This document shows, one piece after another, positions 24,064 through 38,113 of a DNA stretch of 64,000 bases (position 1 is its first letter; each line of letters starts with the position of its first letter). The translations under genes were made by a program, and so were the position numbers. The notes below the pieces were generated by a model, which had not been told where the DNA came from, searched no databases, and saw only the letters and a list, made by a program, of their open reading frames with translations. Origin of the DNA: Octopus sinensis (Eukaryota); NCBI RefSeq assembly GCF_006345805.1, contig NC_043000.1, forward strand, positions 7,254,001 through 7,318,000. Direction: 5' to 3'.

Positions 24064-25539
24064 ATGATTGATTATTTATTTTTAGAATAACATTGTAGAG
24101 TATGTGTAAAATGTCAGATCTGGCTTCCCTGAACATAAAACAAGAATATTTGGGCCGGATGTGGCTGGTTTAAATGCTAAAGGCTTAATGTCCACTTTTC
24201 CATGCTTGCATGAGTCGGAAAGAATTCTTTGAAGCAGATTTACTAAAGCCAGATACCTTTCTTGTTTCCAAGCAAGGTAATATTTTCCTATGGCCAAACA
24301 TGTTTGCATGGAAGATGGGCAATTAGCGACACTGCTTGTATGAGAGTAGTATTTGTTTACAACTCTCACGCAATGTCTAGACAAGGAAGAACACATACAT
24401 ATATGATGAACAATAAGCTTATTCAGTTTCAGTCTATCAAATCCACTCACAACGCTCTCATTGGTTCAGGTATATAATTGAAGACACCTGCCTGAGGTAC
24501 TATGCAGTAGCATACTTGAGACTATATGGTTGAGAAACAAATTTCTAAACCACACAGCCATGCCTGAGTCATAGAATAAATCCAATGGAATATGTACATT
24601 ACAATCAATCAATCATAAACTAACATTAGCAATTCATTAAAATTAAATTTGAAAATTATATTGATCAGAGTCACAGGCTTGTTATTGGTGAAATTAAAGA
24701 AAGAAATTTTTTATGACTGAAACTGCTTAGGCTTCTAATGAAAAATGACATTAGACATTATAAGTGCACATTTAAGACAGCAACATGTAACAAAGAGATT
24801 GACTGACTTGGCCTGGTCCTCTTTTATGTCTCATCTAATACTGAATTTGGACATAGTATCTTAATATCGTTTTCCAAGGAAAATCTTAGCAATTAATTCA
24901 TTCATAAAAAATAATTTACATTTCATCAATAACCACCAGCCTTTCAATTGGTAATGCAAATATGAAAGTTGTAAACTCCATGGGTCTAACTTTTACACCA
25001 GGTATACAAATACCACACATTCTGGTTGGTTGTACCTTTTGCAGTGCAACACATAAAAAAAAAAACCCCAAAAAATTTAAAACATTCTTTTATCAAGAAT
25101 TCTCTAAAATGAAAACAGAAGCCATGTTAAGAGCAAAAATATAATGCAAACTTAAGACAGGTATTGCACTACAGCAATAAACTAAAAAACTGAATGTGGC
25201 CTTGGATAGGAGGAAACATGGTCTGAATTCAAAGGAGGGTAGCAAACTTCTTAACTACTGACCAATGTGTGTGTCTACTTCTCTGTTGTACTGTCCATCT
25301 GCAAGGATTATTTTTACTGCTTTATAATAGTATTCCAAATATATTTTAATGATAGTACTGTACTCATTCTTGCAACATAACTTTGTAACTTCACAGGTTG
25401 CTAGTGTTTATCTTTTCAACTTTGATAACATTTTCCCCTCCAGTTTTGATGTTTGCACATGGTGAAGGGAACCATTTATACAGCTTGATGCTGTGCTTTA
25501 ATCCTTTTGCTACCATATATAAAGTTAATCCAAACAAGA

Positions 25540-25710
25540 AAGCACAAAAAAACACAACAACGCGAGGACGTGGAACAAATATAGTATTATTGGACACTCA
25601 GGAAAGAAAGAGGGTTTAACGTTTCGAGCGGAGCTCTTCGTCGGAAACATAGGAGAAGAAAAGATCCAGAGAAGGGAAGACAGAGGAAAAAAAATCGCCA
25701 ACGGTACACA
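25540..25710 (-). mobile_element. Penelope-like element terminal remnant
   Basis: CpG-rich island carrying the aacgtttcg...cttcgtc motif typical of PLE pseudo-LTRs. Confidence 0.55.
25614..25648 (-). ncRNA. Minimal type I hammerhead-like motif (U4C variant)
   Basis: Minus strand GTTT-CCGACGA-A-GAGC-tcc-GCTC-GAA-ACGT-T-AAAC. Confidence 0.5.
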
Positions 25711-26304
25711 CGAGGTTATATATATATACTTTTTTGAAACACTGCTTTTGTTTCAGTTAATTTTGAATATAACAAATTTCATGACAGTAATTTTGTCATA
25801 ATTAAGCTGATGTTAATATGAAATTTTGATGGAAGGTTTTAGTTTAGACTGCTTGAAAGCAAGGAGGTTGTATCATAGATCTAGGGGTAGTCTTGAGTTT
25901 GGTTGGTATCAAAAGGGTTAAATTTTAGGTCAAAATAAGAAATGTCATCTCAGTTGGCTGTGACAAGTGTAGTTATGAGCTGTGTTGAAAAGCACTTATG
26001 TTGACTTGATTAAAAAAGTATTTTAATTTTATTCTGATAGCTTCAATTAAATAAGCTTGTTTTCCTCTTGTCCATCATCAGATTAATTTATACCTGATAA
26101 ACTCTTTTTTTTCTTCATTTAATCATAGCCATGTCTGCATTATTATTGTTAGTAGCAAAGTTTTTTTTTTTTTTATTTGTTGTACTGATGGCTTTAATAT
26201 TTTATGGTGCAAACTAAGTTTGTTACAATAACTACTGTAGCTCTTATTCATTGATTGGATGTTCTTTTTTTTTTTTTGCATGGGAGTGGGTTCCTACCTT
26301 ATTT

Positions 26305-26538
26305 AACCCTCTAGCATTTAAACCAGCTATATCTGACCCAAATATTCTACTATTTTTGCATTCAGACTGGCCAGATTCGGACTTTCACATCTACCCTACA
26401 ATGTCATTCTAAAAATAAACACATCATTGGGATCATGAAGTTATGAGATTGTTGTACAATTAATTTAAAATAATTTAAAACAATGTGAATAAATAAGAAT
26501 TACATTTGACAGTGTAATCTTAATGCTAAAGGTTTAAA
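26305..26538 (+). mobile_element. piggyBac-type MITE (family C)
   Basis: ttaaccctctagcattt...aatgctaaaggtttaa. Confidence 0.8.
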
Positions 26539-27699
26539 GGTATGTTTCCCATTTGCCACTGAAAGAGAACTGTCTGCTACTTTATCCCATACTTAACTCT
26601 TTTGTTACCATATTTCTATTGAAATACTTTATCTTTGTTTCAATTGAATTTTGAATAGGTAGAAAATTTAGCAAAAATAACTTGTCATTATCAAAGTAGT
26701 GTTTTCAAATGTAAATTAGATTTTGGTGACAAGTTCTAATTTAGATCACTTTAAAACAAGAAGTTTGTATTGAGTTAGTATAAATGGTTAATCATCAGGA
26801 ATGATCCTCTACCATTGAAACAACTTTGTCTGTTGATAGAGTTGTGAACTACAAGCTCATTGGTTTTCAGTTTCATTTTACTGCAGGCATTTTGTTGTAT
26901 ATTTGGGAAGTACACATAATGTTGTGTCTCAGTTCACCTGTTGGGAACAGGTATAGCATGAACTCCTTGAATTATTACTAAAAATTGACTTGCACCTATT
27001 TTACACTTCCAGTACCTTTCCATGGTACTATATTTCTATTGAATGCCCCCTTTTCTTTGAACACCTTGTGTCTGCCATCAGTGCTCCCCACTTTAAAAAA
27101 AAATTTTTATGATCGTATGATTGATAGGGACCAAGATTAGAAGCATGTAGGGGTGGCCCTATGTGCCTCTGTTCTTGGTCCCTGTGAATTTTCTCCACTT
27201 CTCCTCATCTCTCTATTTCTCATCTATCTCTGATTTAGTTATACTATTGTTCTCTGTCCCCACTTTTTATGTATCACCACCTATTGCCCCCTTGACCTGC
27301 TCTTATTTCCCTTACACTCTCCCAAACTGAGATTCATCATTGTCCTTGTTTTCATCCATGTTCATTCACTGTATTCACCTCTATCCTCATCTCTACTGTC
27401 AACTCACTCTCTCTTGAAACTATCTACCTACCCACCCAGTCATCCTTGATTCTCTCACCCTGTACTCTATCCATATTCTTATACCTGAGGGTATGCTCTG
27501 ACTCCTCATCTCCACCATCCTTTGTTTCTTTCCTGCTGGGGTAGTCGTGTATTTATTTCCTCTACAGCAAGACACCTGTTCCTGTCCCCTGTCATATTTC
27601 AGCTGTTCAACACCTGCACAAAACCATCTCCCTCAATTCTACACCCTAATCTGTCAAAGGCTTTTGTCTAGCATGTTACCTAATGATCTCACTAGAGCT

Positions 27700-27875
27700 G
27701 TGCCACATAACATGCACCCAATACACTCTATAAAGTGGTTGGAATTAAAATGGGCATCCAACCATAGAAACAATGCTAAAGTAGACATTGGAGCCCAATG
27801 TGACCCTCAGGCTAGTCAGATCCTGTTAAAGCCTTCAATCCATGCCAGCATAGAAAATGGAAATTTAATATTCAT
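27700..27875 (+). repeat. Diverged copy of the RTE LINE 3' tail
   Basis: taaagtggttgg...gggcatcca...ccatgccagcat similar to 8880-9025. Confidence 0.55.
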
Positions 27876-29469
27876 GAAGAAGATTATGTCATGTACCTCT
27901 AAAAACTAGTGTTAGGCATTGACTTTTAAAGACACTTGAGCTTTGAGACATTTACATTTTGAAGAGTTATGTTATTCAAACAAGTAATTTTCAGTTGCAA
28001 CTAATAATGTCTGTGGACTATATATACACAGCAGAAAGTGAACTAACATTGGCTGTGGACAGGATTTGAATTGATATTCAATCAACCAAAAATCTGATAT
28101 CTTGTTTAGCTCTTTCTTTCCTCTTGGTATTTTTGATTCAATTTTTCCTTTTGTTAGCTACTATTGATTTAGATTTCCCCAGATTTTCTAATGAGCATTT
28201 ACATTTAGAGAGATGTTCTGCCTCAGATATCAACATAGCTTCATATTGACAGTTTTATCTTCATTTTGTCAAATATTGTTGTTTAAATACCTACAGATGA
28301 TACCTAAAAAGCTACTTGGTGAGTGTACTAAAGCTTAAGAAACTCTGTACTTGTACAAACAAAATTAACGGGACTGGTTTGTCATTCACCCATCCTATTA
28401 TTCCTAAGAGGGCTTGACACTCTATTTTGGTCAGTTGAGGGAGCTGTCATGGTTTTGATATTAATAGATCATTCTTTTGTTGCTTTACAGTTTAACTTGG
28501 TAATCCTCTTGTTAGCAGATAAAACACACACACAAAAAAAGCCAAAACAATTTGGTATAAATCTGAACTTGAAGTTATTGTTTGTCTCCATTTCACCAAT
28601 CTATCTTGAGCTTCACTTTTTTTTTGTTACATTCATATCATATATATTAGCAATGTTGCCACCAGGAATTTCATTATCTTCCAATTCTGTAGCATATTAC
28701 ATTTCCATTTAGTGTGAATTTTCCAGAATTTCTTTTCCAGATTTTTTCTTGTAATTCTAATTATGATTGCATCATTGCACGATATTGATGTTATTATCAG
28801 GATTGTATTATTTTCCAGTGTTGACATAATTGCTATGATTGCATCATTTACCAGTGTTTATTGGCCTCCCAGACATTTAATAGTAGATATGATGAAATAA
28901 AATGTTTGTTTATAATAATTTCCATTGTAATATTTTCAAATGCTTTCATATATTCTTAGATTTTTTGATAACCATCAGATACACAGCTAATATTTTGTAG
29001 ACATGCTTTTTCTGACACTTAGATTCCCTACAGACTTTTCCTTTTCCTTTTCATTTGTAAATATTAATATCAAGAAATAATTCAATAGACATTTCTTTGA
29101 GACAAACTTGTCTAATACAGTGGTTGTTTTTGTAATCTTCTTTAAGTGGTTTTGCCTAGAGAAAGTAGCTGTGCCTGTTACTTTCACAAGCTCTCCAAGA
29201 CTGGTGAGATTGATGGCATTAAGTTGAAAAATGCAGAAAAAAAAATGGGTATAGAGGGATTATGCTTTGTGGAGGAAGGACTGGTGTAGCAGTTAATGTT
29301 AGGCCAGGCGGTTGGACACAGTGTGAGTTATAAGGAGAGATGAGTGAGTTAGGAATGAAAAAGAGGAGGTTATGAGATTAGTCATCCCCAAGGAGCAGAA
29401 TTCTTAAAGTAGTGATGGAAAAGATTGAGAAAGGAAAGCATTTCTGTGATCTGTTGGCCTGTTGCACTA

Positions 29470-30100
29470 TCCTAGACTTGGGTGCAGTACTCTATTGTAT
29501 GGCTTCCCGATTGGAGTTAGGTGTGCTAATGGTTTCTTGGTATATGCCTTGACTTTACTGTTAATGGAGACAATTTAGATAAGCTGTCTTGGAACATGAT
29601 TTTAATATTTTTGCTTGCTGAGTCAGTGTGAATTTAGCATAATGTATCTAGGTTGTATGTGGGTGATGTTTGGGTGTGGAAAGTGAAGGAGGACTGAAGA
29701 GTGGTGTTAGCTACATAGGAGTGGGTCTTGTTGAAGTTGGTGGCAAGTGTGAAGGACAGCAGGAGATTTCCTTGGGCAAGGAGCCAAAAAGATCAGCTAC
29801 AGTTTGAGATGTAAGTTATACAATGCACAGAGATAAGGTCCTTGCAGGAGTTGTGGTGCTGGGTAAGAGATATTCAGTTTGAAGGGTTTGGGTGATATTC
29901 TCCAAGTGTTCTTGACTGTGTTCTTTGCTTGAACTGTTGCAGAGCAGCTATGAAGGAATTACTTGGGGTTTTGAGTTTTGCTTGTCTATGGAGATGTGGA
30001 AGGACATGACTAAAAAGATGGTTTCAGTCACCCACCTGTTTCCGATGGATCAAGAGCAAAACAGATGCTGCTAGAGCTAGTTAGGACACAACCAGTAGAG
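29470..30100 (-). mobile_element. Degenerate non-LTR RT C-terminal fragment (CR1/L2/I group)
   Basis: Minus-strand piece TIEYCTQV* resembles the LEYC..VW motif; heavily frameshifted. Confidence 0.4.
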
Positions 30101-30511
30101 ATCTGATAAGAGCTGAGGGGTTGATGGGGTGGGAGCTGGGATTATTATTTTTTTTTCTTTTTTGTTCTGCATCTTGTCAACGTTTTTGAAACTGTTAACT
30201 GTTCCTCATTTGTGTTTTAACAGTTGAGAAGTCGCTGCAACTAAATAATATTCTGCTTCTTAGGAATTGTTATGCATCTCAGAGTTCTGTAATCCTTTAC
30301 AGACGTACTGTCTGGTTGGCTTGGCTCTCATTTATCTAATCCCCATCACTTGTAATGTGATAATCTTACGTAATCAATTAACTTCATTTCTTGTGCAGAA
30401 GTAAGCTGTTGTTTAGCAGAATCAACACAAAATCTGAGCAGATATGTTGTCGTGCTCCAGACTGAATACATTTCCTACCTGCAGTGATGCAGTATTTTTG
30501 GGCCAAGCACT

Positions 30512-30524
30512 ATCGCTCTCTCTT

Positions 30525-30557
<33 letters not shown>

Positions 30558-30617
30558 GTTTGTCTGTCTCTCTCTCTGTTTGTCTGTCTCTCTCTCTGTT
30601 TGTCTGTCTCTCTCTCC
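30512..30617. repeat. Compound (CT)/(GTCT) microsatellite with a 20-bp higher-order unit
   Basis: tctctctctgtttgtctgtc repeated 3 times; source of the spurious RERDRQ/SLSV ORFs. Confidence 0.9.
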
Positions 30618-30967
30618 ATTTACTTGGCATCAAAACAAATATGAAAAGAGAGAGAATGATTTAATGCTGGAACTCTGAACTTAGGTGGTGTTTAGTGGTG
30701 AGATCAAGCACTTTTGAAAGTGAGACAAAAACGTCTGCACTTATGGTATGCAATCTGTCCATAATGCTTAGACTTGCTCTGTATCTCTGTCGGGATCATT
30801 TCAATTAACATTTTGTTCCCTTAGATTTTGCCCTGTTCAATGAAAAAAAAAAAAAGCCCCAAAACCCTTGATAGGATTAATTTGTTAACTTTATGTATGC
30901 AATGTCTGCAAAGTTGCATTAATCCATTAGCATTTAGATTACTCCGTCAAATGTAATGCATATTTAT

Positions 30968-31328
30968 TATCTCTGCCTTAGCGAAGGTGGAGGCATTGTT
31001 TTCAGTTGTGTTTGTCCGTGGACAAGATATCTCAAGAACCACTGGATGGATTTAGATGAAACTTTCAGGAATGTTTGGCCTTGTGACTAGCACGAACTGA
31101 TTAGATTTTAGGATCAATTCGGTAGCAGACAAGGATTCTGGATTATTTTTCTTGTCTTTTTTTTTTCACTCAATTTTTGAGAGCAATCAGGTTCATTTTT
31201 AGTATTCTCATTTGTGAGAGCAGTCGAGTTTATTTCTGATATTCTCATTTTAAAAATCATCTCTGGCTAATTGTTGAGAAGACATTGGTGTTGCCTTGGC
31301 GGAGGTTTGCACTCTCTGAGTGCTCTTG
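30968..31328 (+). mobile_element. Helentron/HINE-like non-autonomous element inserted in a family C MITE (about 30925-31478)
   Basis: Starts tatctctgccttagcgaaggtggaggc, ends ccttggcggaggtttgcactctctgagtgctcttg (subterminal inverted repeat plus 3' hairpin); MITE halves flank it. Confidence 0.55.
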
Positions 31329-32048
31329 GTCACATTGTTTTGGGTTATCTTGTAGCTTTGAGATTTCAACAGAATGATGTTGTAGAGTTGCTTTGAGAGG
31401 ATGGGTTTGACCAGTTTGAGTATAAAACAGGGAGACTATTTAGGCTTGATATAACTGGCTTAAATACTAAAGGGTTAAAAAAGTACATTTGTTTATATGT
31501 ATCCCTATGTCTCTTTAACTGAAAAAATTATGTTAAGAAAAATGAAGAGATTCATTGACTTATTCCTATTCAATAAATCTTTAGAAGCTATACCAAATCA
31601 TTGGTGTTGGCTGGCAAGGTAGATTTAATCTTGGTAAAGCACCACTCCATTACAGTTAAAGTTTTCGGATTATCAGAGAATGACTAAGAAGTATGGAGAA
31701 TATTTCTAACCAAATACATAATGAAATGCTTACACCTGGTTTGAATTTAAGGCCTTGTATGCTTATCCAATTCTATATCCATTTATCCACTTAATTTTTG
31801 CATTCCTTCAAACAGCCACAAGTCAGAGAGATCTGCTCAATTTGAAATTTGGATCAGATTTTTGTATGAGTAGACATTTTTGCTAACACTAATGGCTTGG
31901 CTACATTGAGGCAAACACTGCGAGGGGAGTCAGTAAAACATAACAAAGTATGTAGTAGCATGTGAACCAAAGATCACTTGATCTGTTGAAATGACTGACT
32001 TAGAATTATTTTGAAGGATGTTTCCTTTCCTCTAGGAATTGTCTAGAC

Positions 32049-32250
32049 CAGTGGTTCTCGACTATTTTTTTTTACCTGTGGACCCCTTTGATTCCTATTT
32101 TACTCAGATGGACCCCCATAGCAATTTGATGTTTAAAAAAAAAGCATTTTCATAATTAAGTATCAATAGGAATTTTATAAAAATAAAATAAAAATATTTT
32201 GTGTATTGTAAGAATGTAAGCAGTTTAATGCGGATAAATTTTGACCACTG
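32049..32250. mobile_element. hAT (Charlie-like) MITE
   Basis: TIRs cagtggt/accactg; 8-bp TSD gtctagac/atctagac fits the NTCTAGAN target preference. Confidence 0.82.
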
Positions 32251-32461
32251 ATCTAGACTGTTACTTTGAGAAATATCACTATTCATGTTGATGATGATGA
32301 TGATCATAATCTTCATTTTAAGCCTGCTTTTCTATGTTTGGAATCCCTTCCTGTCACTAGCCCTCACCTGTTTCCTCACAGCCAGGGATGTAAATGAGTG
32401 ATGCTGCTTGTACAGTGACACATGATATCAAGACATACATACACTCACACAAGCACGTGTG

Positions 32462-32496
<35 letters not shown>

Positions 32497-33850
32497 TTAA
32501 TGCCTTGGTATCTTGTGATAGTTGTGAATGTATTGTCATCATTAATTGTCCCCTTTTTCCAAATTGTGGTTGGGCTTTTCAACAGGAACCAGAGGGCTGT
32601 GGACTGCACTGAGCTTCAATGTCTTTGACATGCATTCTACAGCTGGATGATCTTTTTTAATGCCAACCACTTTATAGAGTGTACTGGGTGCCTTTTTTTT
32701 ATGGCATAGCGCTAGTGTGGTTGCCAAATACTTGCAAAATAAGACACCTCAACTGAGTAGGTAGAGTTCTGAAGGATACAAAAGTATGACAGATGGACTG
32801 GAATGGGTATCTTGCTGAAGAGGTGGATACATGACTTCCCTAGCAGAGTGATGGTGCATGTACTTTTAAAGTACAAGATAAATATGAAAGAGAGAATTAG
32901 GATAGAAGAACAGAAGTGAGAGGATAGATAAGTGCACTGGAGTGTGAAAAGAGAGTGACAAATTAAAGCTGGGATTTGAGGTGGATGCAGTTTGGGGAGA
33001 AGAAGTGAAGGAAATAGGAAATATATACACATATACATCCATGTATATACGTACATGTTTAATGGGTTTCTTTCAGTTTCTCTCTACCAAATTCACTTAC
33101 TAGCTCAAGGTGTTATGCAGTGGGATTGAACCTGAAACCTTGAGATTGGGAGGCACATTTCTTAACCACACTGCTACATAATTTATTTTATATAATGTGC
33201 TCAAAATTTACTTTCCTCCCTTAATCCATTTGTCCATTTTTATTCTTTCCTCTACAAATTTGAACATCAATGTTCTTTTTAAATTTACTCTTTTGCAAAT
33301 ATTTTTCATTTAAATGGAAAATAGGATGTTTTAAAAAGTAAAATGACTTATTTATTTCCTTGATATGAACAGTGTCATATCCATATTCTTATGCTGAATG
33401 GTTTGTAAGGCCCTTTAAATAGTTTGTTTGTCTGTCTCTCATCACTTACCTTTCTCAGATATCTTCCAGGTAAAAATCTAAATACTGCAAATCTAGTTTT
33501 GTCTTCCCATCATGCTCTGGTCTCTAGTACTTAGAAGGGATACTCTTAGTGTGTGTAGATTACATAAAAACCATCAGATTTGAGAAACATTTCCCCGTTC
33601 AAATAAATATATGTAATGTCAATATTTGTGCTTTGGAAAATGGCTCTGAGTAAGGTTTTAGTATTACACAAATTTTTAGAAGAGAATAATATATAAATTA
33701 ACAAGCTTTGTTGTAGGCAATAAATATTACTCGTTTCTTCTTTTTTTCCTATGAAACTGATTTTTTTCAGGTTACTGAGAAAAATATTAAACATTTCAAT
33801 ATGTGTTTATGTCCTATAATCTCTATTGAAATCACAAATCTGACCCTTAA

Positions 33851-34071
33851 CCCTTTAGCATTTAAACCAGCCATATCTAGCCCAAATATTCCATCCACTT
33901 TATGTTCAAACTGACTAGGTTTGGCCTCTCACACCTATCCTACAATGTCATTCTAAAAGTAAACAATCCCATCTTTGAAATCTCAAAGCTACAAGGTAAT
34001 AGATGATGAATTTTTAAAAATGTGAATAAATAAGCCATCACATTTGACAAAGTAATCTGAATGCTAAACGG
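33851..34071 (+). mobile_element. piggyBac-type MITE (family C), complete
   Basis: TTAA-ccctttagcatt...aatgctaaacgg-TTAA. Confidence 0.85.
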
Positions 34072-34777
34072 TTAAATTTGAAGCTTACCAGTAGAGATTA
34101 AAGTTACCAGACATGATGTAGCAGCTATGAGTTCAAGGCTTGCTATTTGTGTTGCACTGTATTCTTAAGCAATGTACATAACCCCTTCATGCACTGCTGT
34201 TGTCTAGTCTTACTGTGAGAAGCATTCGACTGTATAACATTGGCTGCGAATATTATAATTGATTAAACAAAAACAAAAGAGAAAAATTAAAGCTTGTTGA
34301 ATTCATGTTTGCTCAAGAAGGGGGAATAATATAATACACAACATTCCTATGGTAACTTCTGAGAACATACACACACGGAAACACGTAGGAAACTTTATTT
34401 TGTTGTCATTTAGTCCAAGGTGGTCAAAAGTGTTTCAGCCACAACATCGCTTAACAACTGGTGTTGGTTTGTTTACATCCCCATAACTTAGTGGTTTGGC
34501 AAAAGACACCAATAGAATAGATACTAAGCTTTAAAAGAAATGTACCAGGTCAATTCATTTGGTTAAAACGTTTCAGAATATAAAAGATTTCACTAAATAT
34601 GTTTTTTCCATGACAGCAGGGTGTGATTTGAGGAAGGTTTGGCTGCTATTTTTACCAGGCCAAATGACTATGTAGAGGCTCCTTTACTAGTTTGAAACTT
34701 TAATGGTGTTTGTTACTCGAGATGTGTTAAATCTATTATCTGGTGTGAAGAACATTGGGGAAAAATGTGAAGCACAG

Positions 34778-35128
34778 GCATGGCTGGGTGGTTAAGAAGC
34801 TTGCTTTGCAATCAAATGGTCTCAGGTTCAGCCACACTATGTGGAACCTTAGACAAGTGTCTTCTACTATAGCCCTTGGCTGACCAATGCCTTGCAAGTG
34901 AATTTGGTTGATGGAAACTTTGTAGAAGTCCATTGTGTGTGTGTGTGTGTGCATACATGCGTATGTGTTTGTGTCCTTGCTTGACTAGTGTTGATTTCTT
35001 TATGTCTATAAGTGCCAGACTTTGAAAACACTGGGGTCAATTTGTTCAACTAAGCCCTTCACATTTGTTGAACAAGGTGGTTCTCCAGCATAGCTGCAGT
35101 CCAGTGTTTGAAACCAGTCATAGATAAA
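34778..35128 (+). mobile_element. SINE family A (diverged, central deletion)
   Basis: Head gcacaggcatggctgggtggttaagaagc; tail ctccagcatagctgcagtccagtgtttgaaacc. Confidence 0.7.
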
Positions 35129-36679
35129 TGGTAACAGAATAGAACAAATCAACATTTTTGTTCCTTTTTTGGTTTTGGTAGTTATTCATATATGATACAC
35201 ATTTCAACTGCAGTGTTTTGTTTAGTCCCTCTCTAGCTCTGCATCATTCTTACAATTTCCGTATTTATTCTTGCTGCAGTCTCTCCATGCATGTGGAACT
35301 GCTGGCAAATATCTGGAAGCACAAATTAAAGATCAAACCCACTTACCTGATTTAATGACAAACTTCTACTCACAGCACTCTTTGGCTTCTAATGTCTTAA
35401 AATCACTTGTGCCTTAACAGCGTTATGTCTCAGTGCTTTGCTGCACATTGAGCTATAGATTTTTAGCCAACACTATGTAATGCACCAGTTGAGGCAAACC
35501 TATTGATGCACCATGAGTCTGTAGCTGACACATAATGGACTTTTGAGCTTTATAATCAATATGTCTGTGAATAGGGAAAAGCGGAATTGACTGGACTAGT
35601 TTCAGTCCTGTTATGGAATTTCAGCAGTAACTATTGAGTTTTGGAATTTCAGCAGTGACTAATCATCTACAGAGACACTGCATATGAACCCACTGTTACT
35701 AAGGACTTTGGTAAATTGGTTAGACTTATTTGCATATATAAGGCATCTTGGCAGTTCAGTTAATAAATTACTAATGTGTTGATTTGTTTCAGTGCTGCAC
35801 TATAGATTTTAAACCATCACTTTAATGATGCATGTGACTACTTCATCTTGGTGTATCTTTTATCTTTTTCAGTCATTAGACTGTGGCTATGCTACGGTAC
35901 CACCTTGATTTTTTTTTTTTAATTGAATGAATCAACTCAGAACTTATTTTTAAAGCTTGTTGCTTATTCTTTTGCTCTCTTTTGCCAAACTAAGTAACAA
36001 GACCACAAGACACACACACAGATGCATGTACATATATATATGATAATGATATATATATATATGATGGGCTTCTTCCAGTTCCCATCTACCAAATCCACTT
36101 ACAAGGCCTTGGTGTGTGTGTCTTTGTGCTTGTCTCTGACCATCGCTTAACAACTGGTGTTGGTTTGTTTACTTCCCTATAACTTAGTGGTTTGGCAAAA
36201 GACACCAATAGAATAAATACTAAGCTTTAAAAGAAATGTACCAGGTCAATTCATTTGGCTAAAACGGTTTCAATGCAGTGCCCCAACATACCCACAGTCT
36301 AATGACCGAAACAAGTAAAAGATGAAAGAATTTAGTAAAATGGGAGTCCTTTTTAAGCTGATGTTTGGAACGTAAATTAACAAGAAATTTTGATGTAAGG
36401 TTTTTTTTTTTTTTTTTTTCATTAGTTCACTTTAAAATGGGGGATTGTATCAATGAACCACAGGTGGTCTCAGATTGGTTGATATCAAAAGGGTTTAAAA
36501 CATCTCCATTCACTATTTTTGCTGGTATCCTGTTCACCTTAAAAAAAATAAGAGAACCTTGTAATTTACCATTTTCAAAAACCAACTCATTTATTAACCT
36601 GGAGATATTCTTCCACTGTTTCAGTTTTAAGGTTTCTCCATTGATTTTTGCTTCTGTTACTGCTAAAATTTCTGCATTA

Positions 36680-36895
36680 CACTATATTGGTTTCAAATTT
36701 TGGCACAGGACCAGCAATTTTAGGGATGTGGACAAGTCGATTACATCAACCCCAGTGCTTGACTGGTACTTATTTTATCGATCCCAAAAGGGCAAAGTTG
36801 ACCCCGACGGAATTTGAACTCAGAGCGTAAAGACATACAAAATGCCACTAAGCATTTTGTCTGGTGTGTGTTAATGGTTTTTCCAGCTTGCCACA
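36680..36895 (-). mobile_element. SINE family B
   Basis: Reverse complement of 37715-37930 (caaagttgaccccgacggaatttgaactcagagcgtaaagac). Confidence 0.78.
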
Positions 36896-37714
36896 TTGTA
36901 TTACACTATATTGTGGGCCTGTTATCTTTGTTATCTAAATGAAAATGATTGAATGAAATAAGAAAATTGGTTAAACAGTGTTGCATTTCATTTTTGTATT
37001 ATTTCTTCAAGCATTAACTATGGTACTGTGTCCTGGGACATAGGATTTGTATGCTGTAAGGCCAGATTCCTTAAATGCATAGATTCAAGAAACTTGATGA
37101 TTATGTAGTTTTAATTGTTTCTCAATTATACTGCCTGGGATTAATAAATAACTGCTTACAAACTTAGTTAGAAAATATAAATTAATGAGTATGATGATAA
37201 AAACACTTTACATACGTAGTAAAGATTGATTGGATTGTTAACCACACTTTTTGTGATTTCTTTTAAAACTGCATTTTCTCCATTTCAATATATCTTATTT
37301 TCTTAAAAACTCATGAGATTCATGTCTTCGATAGAATGATAGCTTGATGTCTAAGCTGGGATTACCATATTGTTAGTTAATGCTGTATGCAATGGCTTCA
37401 AGGTTTTTTTGCTATTTCAGTTGTAATTCTTTGTGTACAATAGCAACCATATCTTATTGTAGCATTTGAAATCTCCTGCCTTGAGTCTGCTGGTCTTTTG
37501 ATTTGCTTAGTTCTCTGCCTGAGCTCCACTTATGGTATGTTTCTGTCAGTAAACCAGTAATAAATAGTCTCCCTTATTATATCCTTATAAATCCCCTATA
37601 AATAACAGTTTAAAATTTCCTAACTATTAACTGTATGTTTTCTGATTTTGTTTTTAATATTACATCTCATTTGCTTCAACTTCTGATTGAAATGCAATAT
37701 TAAAAAAGCCAGAA

Positions 37715-37930
37715 GGCGGTGAGCTGGTAAATTTGTTAGTACATCAGGCAAAATGCTGTGTGGCATTTCTTCTGATTTTACATTCTGAGTTCAAATTCCA
37801 CTGAAATTGACTTTGCCTTTTGTCTTCATGGGGGTAAATGAAATAAGTACCAGTTGAGCACTGGGGTCGATGTAATCAGCTTACCCACTGCCCTGAACTT
37901 GCTAGCCTTGTACCAAAATTTCAAACGAAT
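37715..37930 (+). mobile_element. SINE family B, near full length
   Basis: ggcggtgagctgg head, ctgagttcaaattcc B-box-like motif, 3' end cttgtaccaaaatttcaaac. Confidence 0.8.
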
Positions 37931-38113
37931 ATTAAAGCAACAAGAAATAAGCATGAGGAGCATGGTTAGTAGTTTGGAAAGTTTAAACCACCTTCACACA
38001 GATTTCGATACTGTAATATGATGGTATAAATGACTTATTTTTTGCCCCCTCCCCTCAACTCCAGTCTTGTAATGCAAAGTTGAGATATTTGGTTAGTTAT
38101 TGTTTGTCTAGAT

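Noticed and set aside
33444-33540. Strong minus-strand donors (AG/gtaagt) at 33449 and 35346
   Set aside because: All upstream frames hit stops within a short distance and no convincing acceptor was found; expected by chance in 64 kb
35735-35755. Octamer ATTTGCAT adjacent to a TATA-like ATATAA
   Set aside because: Short AT-rich motif with no associated gene or snRNA; chance occurrence likely
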